Positions 34,604 to 43,836 of a stretch of DNA of 61,790 nt are shown in pieces (the first letter of the stretch is position 1; each line of letters begins with the position of its first letter). The position numbers and the translations under genes were made by a program. This stretch comes from Paraliomyxa miuraensis (GTDB lineage Bacteria; Myxococcota_A; Polyangia; Nannocystales; Nannocystaceae). The DNA is taken from positions 185,015-246,804 of the forward strand of contig NZ_JAOVZF010000146.1 in assembly GCF_026337845.1 (NCBI RefSeq), read 5' to 3'. The notes beneath the pieces were generated by a model, which was not told where the DNA came from, ran no database searches, and was given only the letters and a program-made list of their open reading frames with translations.

Positions 34604-35977
34604 ATGGCCTCGACGCACGACCAGAGCTCTGCCGACGACCTCCCGCCCGCCGAGCGGTCGGTCGTGATGCCGATCGATCGCGTACTGGCGCCGATGCGCG
34701 TGTTCGCGGCGCACAAGCTCGCGGGGGCGGGCCTGCTGCTGCTGGCCACCGCGATCGCGATCGCGTGGGCCAACTCGGCGTGGGCCGAGGCCTACGAGCA
34801 CCTGCTGCACCTGCCCACGAGCATCTCGCTGGGATCGCTGACGCTCGAGAAGTCCCTGCATCACGTCATCAACGACGGGCTGATGGGGATCTTCTTCTTC
34901 CTGGTGGGCCTGGAGATCAAGCGGGAGATCCTCGTGGGCGAGCTGTCGACCCCGGGCCAGGCCGCGCTGCCGGCCGTGGCGGCGCTGGGCGGGATGCTGG
35001 TGCCCGCGCTGCTCTACTTCGCCATCAACCCCGAGCCCCCGCTGCGCGACGGCTGGGGCATCCCCATGGCCACCGACATCGCCTTCGCGCTGGGGGTGCT
35101 GGCGATCGTGGGCGACCGCGTGCCCTCGGGCCTCAAGGTGCTGCTGACGGCGCTGGCGATCGTCGACGACATCGGTGCGGTGCTGGTGATCGCGATCTTC
35201 TACACCGATCAAATCGCCACCAACCTGCTGCTGCTGGGGCTCTTGGGCTTTGGCGTCTCGGTCCTGATGAACATCCTGGGCGTGCGCAGCTGGCAGGCCT
35301 ACCTCGTGGTGGGGCTGCTCGTGTGGCTGGCATTCTTGCAGTCGGGGGTGCACGCCACGATCGCGGCCCTGCTGATGGCGTTCACGATCCCGGCGCGCAC
35401 GCGCATCGACGGCGAGCTGCTGATGGGGCGGCTCGAGCGAGCCGTGAAGCGCCTGCGCCGGGTGGGACCCCCCACGACCTCGGGCCTCAACACGCACGCG
35501 CAGGAGGACGCGTTGCACGACCTGGTGGTGATCCACGACTCGGCCACGGCGCCGCTGCAGCGGCTCGAGCATGCGATCGTGGGGCTGGTGACGTTCGTGA
35601 TCCTGCCGGTCTTCGCGCTCGCCAATGCGGGCGTGAGCTTCTCGGGGATCGGCCTGGGGGCGCTCGGGGAGGGCATCGCGCTCGGCGTGGCGGTGGGCCT
35701 GGTGGTCGGCAAGCCCGTGGGCATCGTGGCGTTCTCGTGGGTGGCCGTCAGGCTGGGGATCTGCCGCCTGCCTCAGGGCGTCGCGTGGCGGCACGTGCTC
35801 GGCATCGGCCTGCTGGGCGGGATCGGCTTCACCATGGCGCTGTTCATCGGAGGGCTCGCGTTCGGCAGCCCGGCCGAGCTCGCGGCGGCCAAGCTGGGGA
35901 TCTTGAGCGCCTCGGTGGTCGCGGCGGTGGCGGGGTTGGTGGTGCTGCGCGGTGCGGGGCAGCGCGCGCAGACCTGA
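34604..35977 (+). CDS. nhaA: Na+/H+ antiporter NhaA
   Basis: 'INDGLMGIFFFLVGLEIKRE' and 'MATDIAFALGVLAIVGDRVPSGLKVLLTALAIVDDIGAVLVIAIFYT' are the conserved NhaA helix IV/XI crossover motifs. Confidence 0.9.
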   Translation: MASTHDQSSADDLPPAERSVVMPIDRVLAPMRVFAAHKLAGAGLLLLATAIAIAWANSAWAEAYEHLLHLPTSISLGSLTLEKSLHHVINDGLMGIFFFLVGLEIKREILVGELSTPGQAALPAVAALGGMLVPALLYFAINPEPPLRDGWGIPMATDIAFALGVLAIVGDRVPSGLKVLLTALAIVDDIGAVLVIAIFYTDQIATNLLLLGLLGFGVSVLMNILGVRSWQAYLVVGLLVWLAFLQSGVHATIAALLMAFTIPARTRIDGELLMGRLERAVKRLRRVGPPTTSGLNTHAQEDALHDLVVIHDSATAPLQRLEHAIVGLVTFVILPVFALANAGVSFSGIGLGALGEGIALGVAVGLVVGKPVGIVAFSWVAVRLGICRLPQGVAWRHVLGIGLLGGIGFTMALFIGGLAFGSPAELAAAKLGILSASVVAAVAGLVVLRGAGQRAQT

Positions 35978-36009
35978 GGCCCGCGGGTTCGTGCTCGCGG
36001 TTCGCCTGC

Positions 36010-36675
36010 CTAGCGACCGCGGCGAGCGACCACTGCGAGGCGGATGACGCCGACGAGCGCGAGGGTGATGCCCACGGAGGTCGCGGCGACTCCGGCTCGG
36101 CCCACCCCCTGCCAGCGCCGTGCATGGGCCGAGAAGGCGTCTTCGTCGATGGTGGGGGGCGGATGGGCGAGCTCGTGGGCGGCTCCGATCCACAAACCGG
36201 AGCCCACCGCCCCCACCACGAGGCCACTGCCGGCCAGGGACCATCCCACGGGGTCTCGCGTCCAGTGCCGTGCGCGGGGCTTGGAGGCGTCGGGCTCCAG
36301 CGCCGTCGACGTGGCGGGAGGCTCGGCGGGCTCGGCGGGCTCGGCGGGTCCAACGGGCTCGGTCGGCTCCACGACGCACTGTTCCCGGACCGAGCGGGAG
36401 GCGTCGAGGATGGCGGCCGGGGGCTGGCTGGCCTCGAGCGCGTCGAGCAGCGCATGGGCCCGCTCGCAGTGCCCCATGGCCACCTCGGCCCGCGCATGAC
36501 CGAACAGGTACTCGGGCCGTGGGTCGTCGCGATGGGCCCGCTCGAACAGCTCGGCCACGGCGGCGTTGTCCCCCGCGTCCCATAGCTGCTGCGCGCGGGT
36601 GATGATCTGCTCGAAGCTCTCGGGCGCGGGCGTGCTCACGACCGTCGCGAGGATCGAGATCAGCAGCAAACCCAT
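36010..36675 (-). CDS. Hypothetical membrane-anchored protein (signal peptide, TPR-like helical segment, C-terminal TM)
   Basis: ATG 36675. 'MGLLLISILATVVSTPAPESFEQ...', Pro/Ala/Glu linker, and C-terminal hydrophobic segments. Lies 6 nt downstream of the kinase gene. Confidence 0.5.
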   Translation of the reverse strand: MGLLLISILATVVSTPAPESFEQIITRAQQLWDAGDNAAVAELFERAHRDDPRPEYLFGHARAEVAMGHCERAHALLDALEASQPPAAILDASRSVREQCVVEPTEPVGPAEPAEPAEPPATSTALEPDASKPRARHWTRDPVGWSLAGSGLVVGAVGSGLWIGAAHELAHPPPTIDEDAFSAHARRWQGVGRAGVAATSVGITLALVGVIRLAVVARRGR

Positions 36676-36681
36676 CCGGCT

Positions 36682-38100
36682 CTAGCCCCCCTCCATCCAC
36701 GGGAACAGCGGCTCGCGCTTGGCATCGGCCGGCGGCTTGGAGGCGCCGCGGCGAGACTTTCGCTTGCTGCCCTTGGAGCGCGCAGCGGCTGGCGCCGCGG
36801 AGCTGGCCGCATCGGCGGCGGACGAGGCCTTGGCCGGCTCGGTGCTGGCATCGCGCTCGACGGTCTCGGGGGCGTCGACGCGCTCCGTGGGGCCGGCGGG
36901 CTCGGGAGCGCCCGCCTGCACCACGGGCGTTGGCGACGACTGGGGGGTGGCGTCGTTGGCCGTGGGCAATGGATCGGGCAGTGGATCGGATGCAGGCTCG
37001 TCGTCGTGCGTGGCGAGGGCCGAGAGCCCATAGGCGCCGGCGATCACCGAGAGGACGCCGACGAGGCCCACGCGGCTGGCCCAGCCCCATCGTCGCACGC
37101 GCGTGCTCTCCTCGGTGACGGGCTCGACGTCGAGGTCGAGCGGCGCCGGGGCAGGTACGTGGGCTTCCATCCAGGCCGCGAGCTCGAGCTCGGAGAGGTG
37201 GATCGAGCATGCTCGCGCCACCTCCTCGATGCGCTGATGGAGCTCCAGCGCGGACGCGGGGCGCCCGGTGGGGTCGGTGCACAGGGCCTGGGCGATGACG
37301 CCCTCGAGCGCGGCCGGGTACCCCGGCACGACCTCCGAGGGTGGCATGTAGCGGCCATCGTTGATCCGGCTCATGACCTCGAACACGTTGGTGCCGCCAA
37401 AGGCACGACGGCCGGTCGTGGTCTCGTACAGCAGGATGCCGAGGTTGAAGATGTCGGAGCGATGGTCGAGCTTGCTGCCCCGGCACTGCTCGGGCGACAT
37501 GTAGCCCGCCTTGCCCTTGACGGTGCCGGTGGCGGTCATCGAGGTCTGGGCCATGGCCTTGGCGATGCCGAAGTCGACCACCTTCACCTGGCCGTCGGGT
37601 CGGATCATGACGTTCGAGGGCGAGACGTCGCGGTGCACGATGCCCATGCGGCAGCCATCGGGCCCGAGCGCGGTGTGGGCGTGGTGCAGGGCGCGGCAGA
37701 TCGCCATCACGATGGTGAGGGCCGCGGACAGCGGCAGCGGTCCGTGGGCGCGGCCCAGCACGGTGCGCAGGGTGTGGCCGTGGACGTACTCCATGGCGAT
37801 GTACGTGTCGCCGCGCTCGCGACCCAGCTCGTAGATCTGGATGATGTTGGGGTGGTCGAGCAGCGCGGCGATCTTGGCCTCGTGCTCGAACAGGGCGATG
37901 AATCGCTCGTCGCCGGCGAGGTGGGGCAGCACCAGCTTGAGCGCCACCGCACGACGAAATCCGCGGATGCCCTCGGCCCGCCCCAGGTACACCTCGGCCA
38001 TGCCCCCCATGGCCAGGCGCCGAATGATGGTGTACCGACCGAAGCGGGTGCCGGCCGGGATCTCGGCCCGCTCGCGCTGGTTTAGGACGGGGCTCCTCAC
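36682..38100 (-). CDS. Ser/Thr protein kinase with a C-terminal TM segment and a Pro/Ala-rich tail
   Basis: 'LAMGGMAEVYLG', 'VALKLV', 'HRDVSPSNVMI', 'DFGIAK', 'GKAGYMSPEQ'. TM 'VGLVGVLSVIAGAYGLSALA'. GTG start. Confidence 0.85.
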   Translation of the reverse strand: MRSPVLNQRERAEIPAGTRFGRYTIIRRLAMGGMAEVYLGRAEGIRGFRRAVALKLVLPHLAGDERFIALFEHEAKIAALLDHPNIIQIYELGRERGDTYIAMEYVHGHTLRTVLGRAHGPLPLSAALTIVMAICRALHHAHTALGPDGCRMGIVHRDVSPSNVMIRPDGQVKVVDFGIAKAMAQTSMTATGTVKGKAGYMSPEQCRGSKLDHRSDIFNLGILLYETTTGRRAFGGTNVFEVMSRINDGRYMPPSEVVPGYPAALEGVIAQALCTDPTGRPASALELHQRIEEVARACSIHLSELELAAWMEAHVPAPAPLDLDVEPVTEESTRVRRWGWASRVGLVGVLSVIAGAYGLSALATHDDEPASDPLPDPLPTANDATPQSSPTPVVQAGAPEPAGPTERVDAPETVERDASTEPAKASSAADAASSAAPAAARSKGSKRKSRRGASKPPADAKREPLFPWMEGG

Positions 38101-38154
38101 TCGACGGCAGTGTATATCGCAGCGCCGCGGCGCCGCCGGGGTGGGGCGCGATCG

Positions 38155-38757
38155 CTAGGCGAGCGAGCGGAGCCAGCGATCGAAGTCGTCGGCGATGGCC
38201 CTGCCGCGCTGCGGGCCGAGCCCCGCCTCGATGCGGGCGCCCACCAGCTCGCGCGCACGCGCCAGGCGCGAGGTCACGGTGCTCGGCGGGACCGCGAATA
38301 CTTGCGCAATTTCCGCTACTTTCATCGACTCCCAGTAGTAGAGCTGGAGCGTCATCTGCAGCTGCACGGGCAGCGTGGCCAGGCCCTCGAGCATGGCGGA
38401 CTGCTCCTGCCGGAGCGCGGCACAGCGGCTGGGCGTGAGCACGGTGTCGGGGCCCTGCGCGGCTCGAAAGCCGTACATGCGTTCCTGGCGCTCCTGACTG
38501 CGCAGGTACAGCAGCAGCCGTCGACGGGCGATGCCAAACAGGAACGACTTGAACGAGGCGTCGCCGCGGAAGCGCTCGCGGCTCTCCATGCAGGCCAGCA
38601 GCGTGGCCTGGGTGAGATCGTCGGCGACCTCGGGCGCCTTGACCTCGAAGAAGCGGCGCAGCGACGGCACATGGCGTCGCAGCAGGCGATCGCCCGCGCG
38701 ACGGTTGCCCTGCGCCCACTGCGCTAGCAACGCGTAGTCGTCGGGTCGTCCAAGCAC
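38155..38757 (-). CDS. ECF RNA polymerase sigma factor
   Basis: Region 2 'DDYALLAQWAQGNRRAGDRLLRRHVPSLRRFF', region 4 'LYYWESMKVAEIAQVFAVPPSTVTSRLARARELV'. GTG 38757. Directly upstream of the kinase gene. Confidence 0.75.
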   Translation of the reverse strand: MLGRPDDYALLAQWAQGNRRAGDRLLRRHVPSLRRFFEVKAPEVADDLTQATLLACMESRERFRGDASFKSFLFGIARRRLLLYLRSQERQERMYGFRAAQGPDTVLTPSRCAALRQEQSAMLEGLATLPVQLQMTLQLYYWESMKVAEIAQVFAVPPSTVTSRLARARELVGARIEAGLGPQRGRAIADDFDRWLRSLA

Positions 38758-38804
38758 CGGGCCTTTGGTTACACTATTTCGGCGGACGCGTGAGCAACAC
38801 GAGC

Positions 38805-40118
38805 ATGCAGGGATCCCGGCGAGCGCGGAGGGGTCGAGGCTCGCCGCGGGGGTGGGTGCTGGGGCTGTCCGCGGGCCTGGGCCTGGGTGCTTGCCTCGAG
38901 CCCACGACGCGACCCTGCCGCGCCGACGAGGAGTGCCGCCTCGACGACCGCAAGGGCACGTGCGAGCCCGATGGCTACTGCGCCTATCCGAGCGCCGAGT
39001 GCCCCTCGGGGTCGCGCTACGGGCCGTTCGCGGCCCAGGCGAGTGCATGCACCGTGGACTGCACGGAGGTGAGCCCCGAGCTGGCGTGCGCCGACGATCC
39101 CGGCTGCCCGGCGACGTGCGAGCGCGGCGATCCGGTGCTGCTGATCACGTGGAGCCGGCCGGGGGCGGCGGTCGAGCCCGTTGCGCTGGCGGCAGGGCGC
39201 AGCGGCCTGGTGGCGGTGACCGGGGCGATCGACGGCGAGCCTCTATTGGTGCTGCTGCGCGACGACGGCACGGTGCTGCGCGACGACGTGGCGCTGACGC
39301 CCGGCACCACGGGGCGCGCGGCGGCGGTGGGCGGTGACGATGCGGTATGGGTCGCGCTGCAGACCACCGATGGCTCGCAGCCCGGGTCGCGGGTGAGCCT
39401 GCATCGGCTCGATGGCACGGGGGCCGTGCTGGGCGGCGTGGGCTGGGCGACGCGGGGCGAGCAGGGCGTGGTGGGCCTGGGCGTGGACGATGATGATGCG
39501 GTCACGGTGGGAGGCCGGCTCGACGGGCGCGCGTGGCTCGAGCGACGCAGCTCCGGTGATGCGCTGGTGTTCGGCGAGACCTGGCCGGAGGACGATCGCT
39601 CGATCGAGCTGGTCGACCTGGCGGTGACGCGCGGCGGACGGGTGGCGCTGGTGGGCGCGAGCGCCGACGGCGAGGCCGGGCTGTGGCTGGTCGATCCCGG
39701 CGGTGCGCTGGGGCTGCGGCTCGGGCTCGAGGAGCTCGGCGCGCGCACGACCCCCGGGGCCGTCGCGCTGGGGCCCAGCGGCATGGTGATCGCGGGCACC
39801 GGCGCGGGATTGCCCTGGGCGCTGTTGGTGGGCAACGCGGGCACGCCGGGCTGGCTCGTCGAGCCCGAGGGCGTGGAGCGGCTGGCCGACGTGGTGCTCG
39901 ACGATCAGGGGAGGGCCACGCTGATCGGCACGGGCGAGGGCGGCACGGCGGCGTGGATCGAGCAGCGCGACTGGGCGGGGGAGCTGCGCTGGAAGCGTAG
40001 GCTGCCGCCCGAGGCCGGGCGGGCGGTGGCGGTGGCGCTCGATGCCGAGCAGCGCCCGCTGGTGCTGGGGGCGACGCCCTCGGGCGATGGGCTGTGGCTG
40101 CGGAGGTTCGAGCCATGA
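38805..40118 (+). CDS. Hypothetical lipoprotein, G/A/D-rich, probably a beta-propeller-like fold
   Basis: ATG 38805 'MQGSRRARRGRGSPRGWVLGLSAGLGLGAC' lipobox. Cys-rich N-terminal part (11 Cys) followed by repetitive Gly/Val/Asp-rich strands. ATGA overlap with the next gene. Confidence 0.6.
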   Translation: MQGSRRARRGRGSPRGWVLGLSAGLGLGACLEPTTRPCRADEECRLDDRKGTCEPDGYCAYPSAECPSGSRYGPFAAQASACTVDCTEVSPELACADDPGCPATCERGDPVLLITWSRPGAAVEPVALAAGRSGLVAVTGAIDGEPLLVLLRDDGTVLRDDVALTPGTTGRAAAVGGDDAVWVALQTTDGSQPGSRVSLHRLDGTGAVLGGVGWATRGEQGVVGLGVDDDDAVTVGGRLDGRAWLERRSSGDALVFGETWPEDDRSIELVDLAVTRGGRVALVGASADGEAGLWLVDPGGALGLRLGLEELGARTTPGAVALGPSGMVIAGTGAGLPWALLVGNAGTPGWLVEPEGVERLADVVLDDQGRATLIGTGEGGTAAWIEQRDWAGELRWKRRLPPEAGRAVAVALDAEQRPLVLGATPSGDGLWLRRFEP

Positions 40119-41977
40119 GGATCCGCGTGGGGCTGGCGGTGCTGGTGGGGGCGGGGCTCCTGGGGTGGTCCCCGTGCGCGGACGCGTGCCAGTGGTTCGT
40201 CGACGGCGACGCCGAGCCCGGGGGTGATGGCACCGCCTCGTCGCCGTTCGACTCGATCGCGCAGGCGCTGGCGGCCCCGCCGAGCCCCGGCGACGTGGTG
40301 TGCCTGCAAGAGGCCGACGAGCCCTACCCGGGTTTCATGATCACGGGGGTCGACGGTACGGCACAGCTGCCCATCGAGCTGGCCGCGGCCCCGGGCCATG
40401 CGCCGATCATCGGCGACACGGTGGTGGTGCGCGACGTGAGCCACTGGGTGCTGCGCGGGCTGACCTGGGACGGCCGCGAGGTGGGCGAGGGCCGGGCCCT
40501 CACGGTGGAGGCGATCGGCGCCGATGTGATCGGCCTCGAGGTCCGCGGCTGCACGATCGTGCACTGGCCCAACCATGGGGTGGTGGTGGGCCCTCCGCAG
40601 AACGGCTTGGCGATCCGCGACGTGGTGGTGGCCGACAATCGCATCCGCGACGTGACCTACGCGGGCATCGAGCTCGACGGGGTCGACGACGGGGAGGTGG
40701 TGGGCAACGTCGTCGAGCAGGTCCGCTGCGGTGACAACGGCTACAACTCGTACGCGGGCATCCAGCTCGGCTACGGGGCGCAGCGCATCACGGTGGCCCA
40801 CAACACGGTGCGAGATCAGCCCGAGTGTCTCGAGCTCGAGGGCGTCCACACCCAGGGCATCGAGGTGCGGGAGGGCGCGGCCGACGGGGAGATCCACCAC
40901 AACCTGATCGAGGACATCCGCAGCATCTCTACGCCGAGCGGGTTCGCGGGCGGGATCTCGCTGCACGACGGGGCCAGCCGCTGGTGGGTGCACCACAACG
41001 TGACCCGGGCGATCGGGCTGCAGGGTGGTGGATGCAGCCTGTGCGACGCGGCCGATCACTATGCCGGCAACGCCGGCGACGACTGCGATGCTCCCGGCTG
41101 CAACGCCGACAATCGCTGGGAGCACAACACGGTGGTCGACGCGGCGACGGGCATTCGCCTGGGCAAGACGCTCGGCACGGTGGTGTCGAGCAACGTGGTG
41201 GTGGCACACACCACGCTGGTGCAGGCGTTCCGCGACGATGCGGAGTTCACGATCGACCACCAGCTCTACTGGCAGCACGGCAATCCGCTGCTGTTCAAGC
41301 GCAACGGCGATCGAGCGAGCCTGGAGGAGTGGCAGGGGGCCTGCGAGTGCGACGCGGCCTCGCAGGTGGCCGACCCGCGGCTCGACGTGGGTGATGGCGT
41401 GACGCCGATGCCGGACGGCCCGGCGATCGACGCGGCGCCGTCGTTGCTGCCGCATCACGGAGCCGCGCCAGATCTGGGGGCCCTCGAGGCGCCGGTGGTG
41501 CGTGCGGCCACGGTGGAGGCCAGCGATCCTTCGCGGGTGCGACTGACGGTGGAGTCCCGCGTGGCGCCCCCGCTCGAGCCCCTGGGGGGCTGCGAGGGCC
41601 TCGAGGTCCAGGTGGGCGGCCAGGTGGTGGTGGCGACGGGGTGCACGGCCACGCTCGACGAGCCTGCGGGCGAGGTCACGGTGATGCTGTCGCTGCTCGA
41701 GCCGCTGTGGCGCGACGCCGAGGCCACGCTCGTCCACACCGGCACGCTGACCGACGTGGCACGCATCGGGGGACGCATGGGTGCTCGCGTGCCGGGGTTC
41801 GTGCTGGCGCTGGACACCAGCGGCCTGCCCGAGCGCATGGACGAGCCGGTCGGCAACGGGCTCGGCGAGGACGAGGACGGCTGCCACCTCGTGCCCGCCG
41901 CGGAGGGCCCGCTGGGGCTGCTGGGGCTCGTGGGGCTGCTGGCGCTGGGGTGGCATCGCCGACCGAAGAATCGGTGA
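40115..41977 (+). CDS. Secreted right-handed parallel beta-helix (pectate-lyase-fold) repeat protein with a MYXO-CTERM-like sorting tail
   Basis: Signal peptide 'MRIRVGLAVLVGAGLLGWSPCADA'. Repeated 'NxxxxDNRI/GIEL/NVV' beta-helix rungs. C-terminus 'GCHLVPAAEGPLGLLGLVGLLALGWHRRPKNR' (Cys + hydrophobic + basic) resembles TIGR03901. Confidence 0.7.
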   Translation: MRIRVGLAVLVGAGLLGWSPCADACQWFVDGDAEPGGDGTASSPFDSIAQALAAPPSPGDVVCLQEADEPYPGFMITGVDGTAQLPIELAAAPGHAPIIGDTVVVRDVSHWVLRGLTWDGREVGEGRALTVEAIGADVIGLEVRGCTIVHWPNHGVVVGPPQNGLAIRDVVVADNRIRDVTYAGIELDGVDDGEVVGNVVEQVRCGDNGYNSYAGIQLGYGAQRITVAHNTVRDQPECLELEGVHTQGIEVREGAADGEIHHNLIEDIRSISTPSGFAGGISLHDGASRWWVHHNVTRAIGLQGGGCSLCDAADHYAGNAGDDCDAPGCNADNRWEHNTVVDAATGIRLGKTLGTVVSSNVVVAHTTLVQAFRDDAEFTIDHQLYWQHGNPLLFKRNGDRASLEEWQGACECDAASQVADPRLDVGDGVTPMPDGPAIDAAPSLLPHHGAAPDLGALEAPVVRAATVEASDPSRVRLTVESRVAPPLEPLGGCEGLEVQVGGQVVVATGCTATLDEPAGEVTVMLSLLEPLWRDAEATLVHTGTLTDVARIGGRMGARVPGFVLALDTSGLPERMDEPVGNGLGEDEDGCHLVPAAEGPLGLLGLVGLLALGWHRRPKNR

Positions 41978-42090
41978 GACCACCCCGTGCGATTACTTCG
42001 TGGACGGATCGGCGCCAGGGGTTACTTGGTCCGTGAAGCCGGGCCGACGGCGACCGCCGCAGCCGAGCTTCCCCAGACCGGAGCCTTCCC

Positions 42091-43806
42091 ATGTCCCGAT
42101 CCACGCATCGCCGCCCTCGCGGCCGGGCGTGGGCGTCGCCGCGCCCTTCCGTGCGCCTCGACCCCGCGCTCGTCCTCGCCAGCCTCCTGCTCGTCCCCGG
42201 GTGCTACCAGGGGCTGTCCTCGTTCGACCAGCAAGATCCCACCGATGGTGGCTCCTCGAGCGGGGCCGACGGTGCCGATGACGACGAGAGTGGCGGGGAC
42301 GACGGCCCCGCCGCCGCGTGCGTGCCCGGCCAGGTCGTGGCGGCCCGTGCCCCGCTGCGCAGCCTCACCACCACGCAGTACCGCCACGCGGTGACGGATC
42401 TGCTGGGGACGAGCGTGGTCACCGAGGAATCGCTGCAGCACCTTCAGCTCATCACCGACGGCGCGCAGGGGGGCTTTGCCTCGACCACGGCCGGCTTCGA
42501 CCCCGAGCTGACGCGCCGCTACCTCGAGCTGGCCGAGGGTCTGGCCGAGGTCTACGTGAGCGACCGGCTCCCGCAGGTGCTCGCGTGCGACTGGGCGCAG
42601 ACCAGCTGCATCGACACGCTGCTCGACGGCCTGGGTCGGCGCGCGTTCCGACGCCCGCTCGATCCGAGCGAGCGGGCCGACTTCGTCGGGCTCTACACCT
42701 CGTTGCGCGACCAGCAGGGGCCATCGATCGCGGTGCAGGCCCTGGTGACCGCGCTGCTGGCCTCGCCCGCGTTCCTCTACCTCGAGGAGGAGGTGGTCGA
42801 GCTGCCTGGCGACGGCCAGGAGGGCGTGGTGCTGCTCGATCCCCATGCCACGGCCTCGCGGCTGTCGTTCTTCCTGTGGAGCAGCGTGCCCGACGACGCG
42901 CTGCTCGACGCGGCGGAGGCCGGCGAGCTCGACGAGCCCGAGCAGATCGAGGTGCAGGTGCTGCGCATGATGGACGATCCCCGGTTCCTGCGCACGGTGG
43001 AGAGCTTCCACACCCAGTGGCTCGGCGTCGGGCACCTCGACGACCTCGAGCTGGGCGACTCGATGACCCGCGAGCTCGTCACCTTCGTCGACGACCTGTT
43101 CACCGCGGGGGACTCTCGCATCGAGACGCTGCTGGGCTCGAGCCACACGTTCGTCGACGCGGACCTGGCTGCGCTCTACGGGGTGGAGCCGCCCGCCGAG
43201 CCGTTCGGGCGCGTGGAGCTCGACCCGCAGCAGCGCGCGGGCGTGCTCACCCAGCTGGGCTTCTTGCAGCACACGGGGGCGATCTTCCCCGAGGTCCATC
43301 GCGGGATCTTCGTGCGCGAGAGCCTGCTGTGCAGCACCTTGCCTCCGCCGCCCGAGGGGGCGGTCGACGCCAACGCGGGGCTTGAGACCTCGCGGGTCGA
43401 GGATCCGGTGTGCGGTGCGTGCCACCGCTGGACCGACCCCATCGGCCACGGCTTCGACAACTACGACGGCCTGGGGCGCTTCCAGTCGCTCGACGCCGAC
43501 GGCGATCCACTGCAGGCCGACGGCGAGATCGAGCCCATCGGCGCAGACGGGGTGGAGGGCACGTTCGAGACCATCCCCGAGCTGGCCCAGCTGCTCATCG
43601 GCGAGCCCGAGGTCAATCGCTGCTTTGCGATCCAGTGGTCGCGCTACGCCCTGCAGCGGCTCGACACCAGCGCCGAGCGCTGCACGATGGATGCCTTCTC
43701 CGAGATCGTGGCCACCAGCGACGGAGACCTGCGCTCGCTGGTGGTCGCCATCGCCACCTCGGAGTGGTTCCGCTCGCGTGCCGCCAGCGACTTCCAAGCC
43801 CCTTGA
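42091..43806 (+). CDS. DUF1592/DUF1588/DUF1585-family lipoprotein (usual partner of DUF1552 proteins)
   Basis: Lipobox 'LVLASLLLVPGC'. Conserved blocks 'RLSFFLWSSVPDDALL' and 'RAGVLTQLGFLQHTGAIFPEVHRGIFVRESLLC'. Followed after 31 bp by the DUF1552 gene with a good SD (aggaga). Confidence 0.75.
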   Translation: MSRSTHRRPRGRAWASPRPSVRLDPALVLASLLLVPGCYQGLSSFDQQDPTDGGSSSGADGADDDESGGDDGPAAACVPGQVVAARAPLRSLTTTQYRHAVTDLLGTSVVTEESLQHLQLITDGAQGGFASTTAGFDPELTRRYLELAEGLAEVYVSDRLPQVLACDWAQTSCIDTLLDGLGRRAFRRPLDPSERADFVGLYTSLRDQQGPSIAVQALVTALLASPAFLYLEEEVVELPGDGQEGVVLLDPHATASRLSFFLWSSVPDDALLDAAEAGELDEPEQIEVQVLRMMDDPRFLRTVESFHTQWLGVGHLDDLELGDSMTRELVTFVDDLFTAGDSRIETLLGSSHTFVDADLAALYGVEPPAEPFGRVELDPQQRAGVLTQLGFLQHTGAIFPEVHRGIFVRESLLCSTLPPPPEGAVDANAGLETSRVEDPVCGACHRWTDPIGHGFDNYDGLGRFQSLDADGDPLQADGEIEPIGADGVEGTFETIPELAQLLIGEPEVNRCFAIQWSRYALQRLDTSAERCTMDAFSEIVATSDGDLRSLVVAIATSEWFRSRAASDFQAP

Positions 43807-43836
43807 TGCTCGACTCGTATCGCAGGAGACCTCGCC

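Noticed and set aside
34457-38719. 1420-aa minus-strand ORF spanning nhaA through the sigma factor
   Set aside because: It crosses several independently supported genes on both strands, so it is a compositional artifact. The same judgement applies to 42022..45201 (-), 48079..50979 (-) and the 5' part of 5574..8543 (+).
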